From Octopus sinensis (taxonomy: Eukaryota), in assembly GCF_006345805.1 (NCBI RefSeq), contig NC_043024.1, forward strand, positions 3,348,001 to 3,412,000: DNA of 64,000 nucleotides. The letters are read 5' to 3'. Under the pieces are notes generated by a model. That model searched no databases, was not told the DNA's origin, and saw nothing but the letters and a program-made list of their open reading frames with translations. The number at the start of each line of letters is the position of its first letter. The stretch's first letter is position 1. Positions 26,561 to 38,289 of the stretch are shown here, piece after piece. A program made the translations under genes and the position numbers.

Positions 26561-27306
26561 ATATTTTGATGTTATATATTTATATACATATGTATATAAA
26601 TATAAGTCATAAGCCAGTAGCATTCATTGTCCAAGACATGGACCTTGTTTAAAACGAGGAACAGTACTAATAAATAAATGATTTTTTTTCGATATTTTCA
26701 AACTTATTTTTTTTAACTAGTGATATAATATATACAAGTATTTTGATAAATGAAACAGTAATTTTTAATTAATTTTTAAAATATCGTTTGAAAAAAAATT
26801 ATTATTATTAATATTAATGAATAATAATAAAAGTTCGAAGCAAGTTCGGTAATATGAAAGCATCAGAAATAATTACGTAAATGTACGACGCCTGAGTTAA
26901 CATTCATTGACGGAGAATTACGGAGATTACCGAACACTTTATTTTTTTAATCTATCCATTTTTATGCAATTTTTTATATTTTCGGAACCTAATCAATGTT
27001 GTATAATTAGTGATATATAATTAATGTTAGCCTATTTCTGTTGTCGTTGTTGTTGTTATTTTTTTAGCGGATAGATGGATTTTTTTTGTTGTTATTGGTA
27101 AATGTACTTGTAAGAATCGATTAAATTTTTGGTAATAAATTTTCAATATATCACCACGGCTACTATTACTACAAATGTATCAATACTACTACTACAAATT
27201 AGGATGCTACTACTTTCCATAAATGTATTATTTTGCGAAATCCTATACGTGGCCACTTGACCTGCTAGAAATAGTAACCAAATCTCCCTCTAATCAAGCA
27301 CATACT

Positions 27307-27732
27307 CAGAGCCCGATTTAGACCCTGTGGGGTCTCTGGTCCAATAGGTTTTGACAAAGGCTTTACGATGACAATTCAAAACATGAGATAATATAGAGAG
27401 CCCTATTAAATTTAGTAGTCGCAAACAATTTAAAGAGGCCCCAAAACTTAAAAGGACTTCTTAATAAGAGGGGCTCAGTTAAATTTAATAGCTTGTTAAA
27501 TTTATAAGGGCCCAGTAAATCAAGAGGGCTTAGTAATTTTATAAGAAGTCTTTTGGATTAAAAAATATCTTAAAATTAAAATTACAAATTATTTGATTAC
27601 TTTAAATATATTATTTTTAATTTTCAACTCACTTAAGGGTTCTATGAGTTAAATGGAGGTTCCAATACTCAGGGACCCCTAAGCTTGGAGGCTTTTGGGC
27701 TATGGCCCATGTTATATGTAAATCTTGCCCTA
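27307..27732. mobile_element. hAT-type MITE
   Basis: Perfect 8-bp TSD CACATACT (27299-27306, 27733-27740). Degenerate TIRs CAGAGCCCGATTTA / TAAATCTTGCCCTA. Confidence 0.75.
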
Positions 27733-27924
27733 CACATACTATCTTAAATAAATAGATATATCTCACATTTTTCTGTTTGAATTTCTAAGGCGCAGGTGTG
27801 CAACCACATGGTTCTGAGTTCAGTCTCATTGCGTGGCACCTTGGGCAAGTGTCTTCTACTATAACTTCAGGCTGACCAAAGCCTTGTGAGTGGATTTGGT
27901 AGACGGAAACTGAAAGAAGCCTGT

Positions 27925-27964
<40 letters not shown>

Positions 27965-28214
27965 CATGTTGTATGTGTGTGTATATGTTTGTGCGTCTGA
28001 TTTTGTCCCCTAACATTGCTTGACAACCGATGCTGGTGTGTTTACATCACTGTCACTTAGCGATTTGGCAAAAGAGACCCATAGAATAAGTACTAGGCTC
28101 CTAAAGAATAAGTCCTGGGGTCGATTTCTTTGACTAAAGGCAGTGTTCCAGTATGGCCGCAAGTAAAAGAGTAAAGGAGATATTATCATTATTGGGCACA
28201 AATGAAGACAGAGA

Positions 28215-28850
28215 CCTGGCAGAATTGTTAGCACAATGGGCGAAATGCTTTGTGGTATTTTGTCCGACTTTACATTCTGAATTCAAATTCCACCATGGTT
28301 GTCTTTGCCTTTCATCCTTTTGGGGGTCAATAAAATTAAGTACCAATGAAACACTGGGGTTGATTAAATTGACTAGTCTCCCCCACAAATTTCAGGCCTT
28401 GTGCCTATAGTAGAAAGAATTATTAGACACAGATGCAAAATCCTTGGTGGTATTCCATCTGTCTTTGGGTTCTGAGTTCAAATTCCGCTGGAGTTCATAT
28501 TGCCTTTCATCCTTTCGGAGTCAATAAAATAAGTACTAGTTGAACACTAGGGTCGATGTAGTTGACATATTACCTCCCCTGACCTTACTGGCCTTGTGCC
28601 AAAATTTGAAACCATTATTAGACACAGATAAGGTGGTAAGCTGGCAGAATTATTAGCATGCCAGATGAAATGCTTAGTGGCATTTCATCCATCTTTATGT
28701 TTTGAGTTCAAATGTTGCTGAGGTCAACTTCGCCTTTCATCCTTGCAGAGTCAGTAAAACAAGTACCAGTTGAGTGAAGGAGACAATGTATTCAACTTGA
28801 AAACTCCTGCAAAATTTCAGACCTTCTGTCTGTAGTAGAAAGGATTATTA
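28215..28850 (+). mobile_element. Array of three SINE family 2 copies
   Basis: Three head-to-tail units, each followed by TTATTAGACA(C/A)A. Confidence 0.85.
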
Positions 28851-31800
28851 GACAAATATACATGGACTAGTGTCCTCATTTTGGTGATTATAGATGCAAA
28901 ATTTGGGCCAATGTACCTTCCAGCCTTGTTCAGGTTATATTCTTTGGGTTTCGAACCAAGTACGGACAACAGAATGAGAACAGATGACTGTATAACTTAG
29001 TGTTTTCATATTCAATATAGAATGTACATCTTTTGGAACATTGTCATTTTATGAGATTTTGCTGGCAAATTCTTAAATTAACATAAACATTTATTTACAA
29101 GAAAAGAAATTACAGGAGAACTTCCTTCTAATTCTTCTAAATCTTTCGGTTAAAACTGTATTCAAACTATTTGTGGGGAAGTTTTTTATCACAGCAACTG
29201 GTCGTACACCACAAGGTTCAACAGAAGAGTGTGTTAAAAAGTGAACTAGCAATAATTATGTAAGGAGACAGACAAGTTAGTGTTAACATATTTAATGTAG
29301 GGAGCATCAAAAAACTAATTCAAAATATTCTGCAGTTAGACAAAAAAAAAAGCAACAACAGGAAAAGAACAATATTTGTTGATGGCTATAGCAAGTGAGG
29401 GAGATAACCATACATGTGTTTTGTAATGGACCCATCCATCACAGCAAAAAGGATATCCTAAAACCACTCAGTTATGTTTGTGCATATGTGTAAGGCCCTG
29501 TCCCCCTCCTTTCTCCTCTCTATCTGACATGTCAAGCATTTCACCTCCCCCCACCCCACCATCTATGGTACTCTACTCAGTGCTGTACTCACCCAAGCGC
29601 AGTTTCCACCATTCTTTGTCAGCCCTGCCTACACTGTTTCGACCAATCATCCCCTTTCTGTGCCTTCAGTCACTGCTCTCACCCAGTGCCCCATCAATAC
29701 CTACCATCACAATCTACCTACTATTGCCCATTGGGTATCTCTGTATCTCCCTCTCTTTGCATGCACTTTCTATACCAACTTTATTAAAACCACCCCTATA
29801 TCTCCCACCTCACCTCTCTGCATACTAGTATTACCCATCACCTGCGTCCATATCCTTGTTCATAAATCATTACATTAACCTCCACTCCACACTATCACTC
29901 ATACAAAAGCATCTATACTCTTTTTGAACCCCTCCCCAAAACCCACTGTCCATGTCCTCTCCTATGTTCACCTTCTTGTTCTATAGGACAACCTAGATGA
30001 AATATTAGGTGCAATCATTGCTATGTCGTTAAGAAATTTGCTTCCTAACCATGTGGTCTTTGGTTCAGTCCTACTGCATGGCACCTTGATACAAATGTCT
30101 TCTGCTATAATCCTGAACTGACTAAAGCCTTGCGAATGGATTTGGTAGACAGAAATTGCATGAAAGCCTGTTGTCCACTATATAAATGTGAATATTTGTG
30201 GTTATATATGTGTGTTTAGCCCCCAAAAGCTCAGAAATTATGCATTTTTGAGAAAAACGAGCTTGATTTTAAAAATCTGCATCCCAAAGACAATGTTGTC
30301 CGTAAATAATAATAAAAAATATAATTTCCTATGAGAAATAACTCAACTTTTTGTTCCACAACTCTCCTACTTGCTGTCTGTCACCATGACTCTATCTCTC
30401 TCTATTATGTACCACTCTCTCTCTCTCTCTCTGTACACGTTGCTTTCATTTTGTTTAAAATTTCGTTTTCTAATGTTTACTTTCATTTAATGACATCTAT
30501 TACACACAAATCCTTTTTTTCTGATTAGGTAAAAATGCTCAAACTTTAAACATCTGTAATATTTTTCTAAAAATTTTCTGGAATAAATGATTCTCAAACT
30601 TGGATTCAGCATCAAAAAGTACGCCAATATACCAAATTTGAAAATGTTTATCTAATTTTTAGATTGCAAATTCTACGACAGCAGCAGGAAACATGTTTCT
30701 CTCATTCACTTTTCTCATGGTAAACTTTCCCCCATCTTAAACATTTTCACCACATTCTCTCTCACTCTCTATAAAAGTATATTGCTCATGTTCAGTATGT
30801 GTGTGTTTGTCAGTGTGTGCATATGCATGTGTGCAAGGAATTTTATTAGGTTGACAGTGTGAATTAAAAAAGTATGTAAAAAAATAATTCATTTTAATAG
30901 CATACTTTTGTGAGTAAATATGCTTTCCTTACCCCACACATGCATGGACTCGGTTGGTGGGAATTAGGAGTTTAATTTACAAATTGTTGTAGTTGTTGCT
31001 TAAATCCCAGTGATGGACCACCACATCACCATTTCTGAGGAGAAAATAATGAAAAGCATCAATATATGTCAGAGTGACAAAGAAACAAGCAAGGAGCCAG
31101 GTGGTCATAGGATGTGCTAGAAGCAACAACTAAATCTCCCTTAAATTACATACCTTTTCATCAGAAAATTATTTTGAAATTATAAACTGAAACAAATTAT
31201 ACATTTGGACTGTCCATATTTTAAAACTAGGATTAAAAAGAATTTTGGAAAAAGCCGAAATTTTAGGATTTATGGAAACATTAAAAAACACTATTGTTTT
31301 CAAATTACATTTCATTTTCTGTTTCAAAATAAAGGAAGAGAGGATTCCAAAAATTTTTCTTCTTTTAAACCTTCAAGGCTTCCCCCATTGTTTTAAAGAG
31401 TGTAGTGCAATAAAAATCAGTACTTGGCCAAAATCAGTACTGAATGAGTGAGGGGAAGCGGATTGAAAAAGAAACTCATAAACTTTCAATTTATTATTTT
31501 TGTTACTGAAAAGATGTCTTCCACTGCTTTTTAAGTGTGTAGTGCAAAAAAAAAAAATAAATAATAAAGAACAAATTCCCCCCTTTGATGTGGGAGGATT
31601 TCATAGGTTAACCTAATGCTAGCTACTTTACAGAGTGTACTGGGTGCTTTTTATGTGGCATCATCACCAGTGCTTATTATGTGGACACCAACACCCACAC
31701 CAATGCTTCTTATGTGGCACCTTGGTTTTAGGATATCAATTCTGTTGAGGTAGGTGGGTTTTCTTATTTGAGAAAACTTGTGCCTCTATTTGTACAGTTA

Positions 31801-33589
31801 GATGTACAATTGCTAATGTTGAGTTTAGAGCTTAACATAGATTATCATCAAGTCAGCTTCCGCGACAGTGGTTTGGTTACTACTTTACTTAGTATCACTA
31901 TTGGTTATGATAAGGCAGTGAGCTGGTAGAGTCATTAGCATGCTGAGCTAAATGCTGAGTGGCATTTCATCTGTCTGCACGTTCTGGGTTCAAATTCTGC
32001 TATGGTTGACTTTGCTTTTCATCCTTTCGTGGGTCAATGAATTAAATACCAGCTGAATATTGGGGTTGATATAATCAACTAGCACTCTCTATTAAAATTC
32101 CTGGCCATTTGCCAAAATTTGAAATCATTATTACTGATTATGATATAGGGAGCAAATATAGAAAAAGTCATGATAAATACCAGTTTAAAAACAGACCTTT
32201 ACAAAAACACTCCCTTCTTTCTTCAGGGCATGTTTTCCCTTTTCCTTATAGTTATATTTATTTATTTTTCACTCCTTTATCCTTTTACTATTATCCATTT
32301 AAGTTCTCTCTTATTTCTTTAATTACAATCCTGTCTTTCTATTTCTTCTCCTCTCATCCTTCCCTTCTCTCTATTTCTCTATTCTATTTGCTTTCTATCT
32401 ATTTCTCTCTCAACATGAAAGAAGTCTTGGTGTGTTCAACTGTAGACATTTGATCTATAGTGGAAGCAGACTCAATGACAGTAATCTACATGATGCTCTA
32501 AACTCAACATGTTATAACATAATGCAATAAAATGTTCGCCTGATGATTCGTTGTGGTTAAGCATCTAACAGCACTTGCAACATTTAATACTGTAGTCCCA
32601 AACAACTACAATGCTGAAATGCATGTAAGAACAAATTATATATACACACACACATATCATACATAGATACATATATGAATGCATGTATTCAGTTATACAT
32701 GCCTATACACAAACCCCAAACAGAACCTCTTCTCAGTTTCTCAGGAAAAGAAGCCAAATTGTGCTCATGAGCACATTAACCCTTTAGCATTCAGATTACT
32801 CAAGTAAATGTAATAGTTATTTAATCACATTATTTTGAATTTATTATACATTATTTTGTAGCCTTGAAATTTCAATGACGTGATTGATTAGTTTTAAAAT
32901 GACATTGTAGGGAGATGTGAGAGGTCTGGTCATGTCAGTTTGAACATAAAGCAGGTAGAATATTTGGGCCTGATATGGCTGGTTTGAATACTAAAAGGTT
33001 TACTAATGTCCTAGAAATTATATATACGTATCATCATATTTCATTCTATAACTGCTATCTCTCAGGAGTACAAGGTTACAGCATCTGGCTGTTATCTAAC
33101 ACTCCGTTGAACCCCTAGTGAGAAACTGATTGGTAAGATTGGCCATAATGGACACTTTGATGGTAAATGTGCAGGAACAATTAGGACAAAGAACGTGCAA
33201 AGAAAAGACTTCCTCAAATGCTTGGTGGGTGTGTGAAGAAATAGTAGATAGCTTCTACTACCTAGGTGACCAAGTTAGTAGAGGAGGAGGAAGTTCTAAA
33301 AGCATAGTTGTTAGATTGAGAACTGGCTGGGCAAAGTTCAGAGAGCTTTGGTAACAAACGCCTCTCCCTGAGAGTGAAAGGTGACGTCTGTGTATGGATA
33401 GCCATGCTACATGGCAGTGAAACATGGGCTGTGACTACAAAGGACATGCGAAGGCTTGAAAGAAATGTCATGAGCAGAGCAGCTAGCATGCTCTTCTGGA
33501 TGGGTAATGTCAGTGTGCACATATGACACGGTGTAAATGAGAAATCTGACTGCTATTTCTAACAGGTCAAGCGAGCCACAGCATAGGCT

Positions 33590-33900
33590 GTAACACTTGC
33601 ATGGGTAGCCTTTTTCTAGAAGCGGGCCGCATGAGACATAAGCCATCATTTGGTGGGCTGCACGACTAAAATATTGAAGGTAAGTTTTCGTTTAGGTGTA
33701 CCATTCATAAAGTCCCGCAGGTTAGAAGTTTCCCATGACTGCCCTAAAATTGGGAGCGTTTACATTATCTCCCTTGGATATTAGGCGGAAGTGACGTTAA
33801 AAGAACGGCGCGGATTCTGTTTCATAAATATTGTTTAAGCAGAGTTTGAGGTGGCTATGCGATAATCGATAGATTTCGTGTTTAATAGGATTATTATGTT
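33590..33900 (+). promoter_or_regulatory. CpG-enriched promoter-like region upstream of BBIP1/ANAPC5
   Basis: Local CpG retention against a CpG-poor background. CGGAAGTGACG (ETS-CRE composite motif) at about 33786-33796. Consensus donor AAG|GTAAGT at 33679/33680. Confidence 0.6.
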
Positions 33901-34148
33901 AAACTAAGTATTGGGTAAACACAAGGAGATATATAAAGCAAAGCTGTCTTACTACACCGTTTCTTCAACTACAAGACGTTTAACAAACCAATCAGAAAGA
34001 AATATATTTCTTCGATCATGTATTTGTTGTCTTAAACTGTAATTGGTGTTTAAAGCAGTTATTTTTCTACAAGAAAACAATCACCCGAAGACGGGAAATA
34101 AATTGCTAGAAACAAAAGTTAGAGAAGAATATTTAAACCTATCTGAAT

Positions 34149-34337
34149 ATGTCTAAATCTAATGTGACTATCAAAGAAATATTGCCGAAGAAAGAGCGAG
34201 TCTACGACAGGGCCGTGCCATGTGCCATCCTTTGTAAACCGAAATTGCTGCCGCTTAGGTCGGTCACTTTAGAGAAATTGGAGAAAATTCAACGTGAAGC
34301 CCAGGATATTATTAAAAAAGAAGAAATGTTACAATAA
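34149..34337 (+). CDS. BBIP1: BBSome-interacting protein 1 (BBS18/BBIP10), 62 aa, intronless CDS
   Basis: ORF MSKSNVTIKEILPKK...AILCKPKLLPLRSVTLEKLEKIQREAQ carries the family motif E(V/I)LPK...LCKPKLLPL(K/R)SxTLEKLEK recalled from vertebrate BBIP1. Clean ATG to TAA. Confidence 0.9.
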   Translation: MSKSNVTIKEILPKKERVYDRAVPCAILCKPKLLPLRSVTLEKLEKIQREAQDIIKKEEMLQ

Positions 34338-34662
34338 TACAACCCACACGCCTCACATGCATTTGTCTTTCTAACTATTATACACATCGTACATCTTTCT
34401 CCAAATCGCTGCATCTTCTAGAATAGAACATTTCCTCTCCTCTTTAGATAAAGTAATTGGTAAGTTTTGACAATTTTTATTTGATATTTGCCTTTTAAAA
34501 TTCTTTCTAGGTTTTGTGTTTTTTATCGCTTACACGTAGTGTAGGTCTTGGTCTCCTTAGTTTTACTTAGCAACCGGTCACCAACAAACGATGGCATGGC
34601 TCTACACCCACACATCTCTTGCTTCAGTTAAATAAATATCTATCACTTTTGATCACAAGAGA

Positions 34663-34693
<31 letters not shown>

Positions 34694-34694
<1 letters not shown>

Positions 34695-34889
34695 TACTTA
34701 AGAAGAGTGATCCCGGTGCGCGTACTCGCGCATCCGCGCTAGCTAGTCGTGACTAGTCGATCCTACGACTACCTAGCAAAGTAAATAAAACACAAAAACA
34801 CAGTAAATAATTTTTTAAAACGAAGTAAATAAAACAAAAACAAAGTAAACGACTAGCTAGCGCGCACCGGGACCACTCTTCTTAAGTAG
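34694..34889. mobile_element. CpG-rich TA-flanked MITE between BBIP1 and ANAPC5
   Basis: TIRs of about 29 bp, CTACTTAAGAAGAGTG(A/G)TCCCGGTGCGCG, with one mismatch, plus an inner inverted CTAGCTAGTCGT. TA on both sides. Confidence 0.85.
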
Positions 34890-35743
34890 TACCATATATA
34901 TATAAATAAATAATAAATAAATAAAATATATGCATATATACGTACATATATGTACGTACCTACCTCTACATGTATATATACATGCATATATGGGTACAGG
35001 ACACCAAAAAAACGTCGAACACAATGAGAAACGAAAACATAGACACAAAATCAAGGAAATGGACATTTTTTTAAAACAACGAAAAAATAGAGTACAGGAC
35101 ATACAAAACAAGGAAAATTCCCCTTCTTCAGTCGCCTTAATTTCATCTACTCCACGTTTCGAAATGATATATATACATATATAATTTCGTTTCTGGGTAA
35201 TATTGTAAACATTAACCATGTATATATACGTTAAAAAAAGTAAAGATCCCCTTCGGTTATCTTCCTAGTCACAAGTCCGGGCAAGGTTGTCTTATGAAAC
35301 ACCCTAGGATTTATTCTTTGTAAGCCTAGTACTTATTCTATTGGTCTGTTTTGCTGAACTGCTAAGTTACAGGGACGTAAACACACCAACATCAGTTGTG
35401 AAACGATAGTGGGAGAACAAACAGACATGCAAATACATAAACACGTACAACACACACGTATGACGGGGCTTCTTTCAGTTTCTGTCTACCAAATCCACTC
35501 ACAATGCTTTGCTCGGCCTGGATCTTCCAGTTCTGAAGATTTGTTTAAATTTGAACCCTCAACTAAAAGATCATCAAAAGTTATTCAGACGTGCCCTATG
35601 CTTTAATAATTCTGCTAATCCATATCTTCGGCATCTCACCCATCATTTTAATAAATTCTGATCTGATCTGATCAGTGTAATCAATAATATAATCAAGAAT
35701 CATTTTTATTTTATTTTTATTTTAGGATTATCCAGCTCTGAAA

Positions 35744-35989
35744 ATGTCTTACGTATCATCTGGTTCAGATTTGTTCATGTTTGAACCCTCAACTAAAAGA
35801 TCATCAAAGGAACAAGTCACCTCTCACAAAGTGACCTTACTTGTTCTGCTTTATGAATTCCTAAATGCTTATGAGAAAAAGTCACAAATTCGAGAACAGT
35901 ACCAACAGAATTTGGACCTCAAGGTGGAAATGGATTTTACTGATGTAGAAGTGAAAGCTATTCTTACATTAATATTAGATCTTTATCAG
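35744..35989 (+). CDS. ANAPC5: Anaphase-promoting complex subunit 5, coding exon 1 (exon begins at acceptor, 35726)
   Basis: Polypyrimidine tract and TAG acceptor at 35725, ATG at 35744. VTSHKVTLLVLLYEF...LILDLYQ resembles human APC5 VTPYKIAVLVLLNEM...LLLPLLQ. Donor CAG|GTAAGC, phase 0. Confidence 0.88.
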
Positions 35990-36205
35990 GTAAGCTTACA
36001 CAGGATTTTTTCATTTGTTTTCACATTCATTTTGATATGCTTGCATGGGTTAGAGGAATATATTATTGAGGGCTTGAAAGAAATGAAGCTAGTATGCTTT
36101 GCTGGGTGTGCACAGTCAGTTTGCATGTACAAAAGAGTGTCAGCTTCTTGAGAGAAGAATTGGGCATAAGAGGTATCAGATGTGGTGTGCAAGAGAGACT
36201 GTGCT

Positions 36206-36500
36206 GGTATGGTCATGTGATGCATATGGATGAGGATGGTTGTGGAGGGAACCTGAGGAAGAGGTAGACCCAAGAAGACCTGGGTATGGTCATGTAATGC
36301 ATATGGATGAGGACAGCTGTGGAAGAGGTAGACCCAGGAAGACCTGGTTATGGTCACGTGATGCATATGGGTGAGGATGGTTGTGGAGGGAACCTGTGGA
36401 AGAGGTAGACCCAGGAAGACCTGGTTATGGTCATGTGATGCATATGGATGAGGACAGCTGTGTAAAGATCTCTAACTGTGGAAGGAACCTATGGAAGATG
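36206..36500 (+). repeat. Minisatellite built from RTE coding sequence
   Basis: Four units starting TATGGTCA(T/C)GT(G/A)ATGCATATGG at about 36207, 36284, 36348 and 36425, alternating about 77 and about 63 bp. Confidence 0.85.
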
Positions 36501-36889
36501 TAGACCGAGGTGGGACGAGGTGGTTAAGCATGATCTTTGGATGTTGGGTTTCAAGGAAGCGATGACAAGTGATCGAGACCATTGGCAATTTGCTGTGCTT
36601 GAGAAGACTCGTCAAGCCAAGTAAAATTGTAGTCATGGCCATGCTGGTGGCACATAAAAGCACCAGTGACACATAAGAGGCACCCACTACACTCTTGGAG
36701 TCGTTGGTGTTAGGAGGGGTGTCCAACCACAGAAACCAAGCCAAACCAGACTGGAGCCTGCTACAGTTCTCCAGCTTACAGTTCTAGTCAACAACAGACA
36801 ACTAAATTTCTCACTATTCACTAGCAAAACTGGTAGAATTTCCACAGATTTCACTCATAGTAGTAATAATAATGATAATAATAATCATA

Positions 36890-37238
36890 AGAGCACTCAG
36901 AGAGTGCAAACCTCAGCCAAGGCAACACCAATGTCCTCTCAATGATTAGCCAGAGGTGATTTTTAAAATGAGAATATTTGAAATAGATTTGACTGCTCTC
37001 ACAAATGAGAATACTAAAAATGAACCTGACCATTCTCAAAAATTAAGTAAAAAAAACAGGAAAAATAATCCAGAATCCTTATCTGTTACCAGATCGATCC
37101 CAAAATCTAATCAGTTCATGCCAGTCACAAGGCCAAACATCCCTGAAAGTTTCATCTGAATCCACCCAGCGGTTCATGGACAAACAAGCAAACACAACTG
37201 AAAACAATACTTTCACCTTTGCTAAGATAGAGGTAATA
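36890..37238 (+). mobile_element. Helentron/HINE-like non-autonomous element
   Basis: Begins GAGCACTCAGAGAGTGCAAACCTCAGCCAAGG and ends with a degenerate hairpin ...ACCTTTGCTAAGATAGAGGTAAT. Classification is from recalled motifs only. Confidence 0.4.
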
Positions 37239-37848
37239 ATACTATGTGTCAATATTTTGTGCTTCTAAGGCATAAGGCAGCAAACTGGTAGAATATTTAG
37301 ATGCTAAACTGTATCTTGTCTGTCTTTGCCTTCTGAGTTCAAATTCTGCTGAGGTCAACTTTGCTTTTCATCCTTTTGGGGTCAGTGAAATAAATACCAG
37401 TTGAACTTATCAACTTATCCCCCTCCTCTGATATTGCTGGCCTTGTGCTAAAATTTGAAACCAATATTTTGTGCTTCTAACAAAATTTCATTACACATCA
37501 TCACTATCTTTCTTTTGTAGCTGGGGTAGCCCTGTACCCCAGCTAAGACTCTTATTCCTGTTCCTCTATCATATTTTTTTCTCTCAACATCTGGTATAAG
37601 CTACCTCCATTCAGTTGAGGGGTCTTGTCTTGCAAGGTGCCTGCAACCTCATGAGTGCCAGTGACATAAAAAAAGAAACACGCCCAATCCACTCTGTAAA
37701 GTAGTTGGTGTTTGGAAGGGCATCAAGTAGTGTGTAACCATGTTGAAATAGGCATTGGAGTTTGACACAGTCCACTGACTGCCACATCCTGTCAAAGTGT
37801 CTGACCCATGCCAGTGTTGAATACAGATACTGAATAATTATGATTTTT

Positions 37849-38059
37849 AACAATTGCAGCGTGGAAGGTGTTTATAAGCCATTTAAGAAACACATAAAAT
37901 TCATTAGATTCACTTCAGCATGGAATTTTGTTAGTGAATGGTCGCGGTCTCAAAGCGACGAAAATATTTTGACAAATTAAATTTGAATGTTGAAGTGAAT
38001 CTAATGGATTTTGTGTGTTTCTTAAATGGCTTATAAACACCTTCCATGCTGCAATTGTT
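37849..38059. repeat. Foldback element with inverted arms of about 72 bp
   Basis: AACAATTGCAGCGTGGAAGGTGTTTATAAGCCATTTAAGAAACAC... is mirrored by ...GTGTTTCTTAAATGGCTTATAAACACCTTCCATGCTGCAATTGTT. Confidence 0.85.
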
Positions 38060-38206
38060 TTCGTTCTAGCATACGATCTCAGATCAGGTCGCTTGCTATA
38101 CAAGTACATCTCCGTAATATTATGATTATAAAAGTGTGAAAAGAGAATTCATAAATAATTTTCCTTCCCAATGATGTTATCTCTTTATCTTTTATCCACA
38201 TTACAG

Positions 38207-38289
38207 GGACCTGAAAAGGCTCTTCGTGATTTAATTCCCCGTGTGAAGAAAGTGACAAATGCAAAGTTGGCTGACAGATTTACAGGAAG
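38207..38289 (+). CDS. ANAPC5: ANAPC5 coding exon 2
   Basis: TTACAG acceptor. GPEKALRDLIPRVKKVTNAKLADRFTGR vs human GPDITLSKLYKLIEESCPQLANSVQIR. Donor AG|GTTTGA, phase 0 to 2. Confidence 0.8.

Noticed and set aside
34990-35165. Possible hammerhead on the minus strand (GAAAC...CTGAAGA)
   Set aside because: No convincing stems I and III could be drawn.
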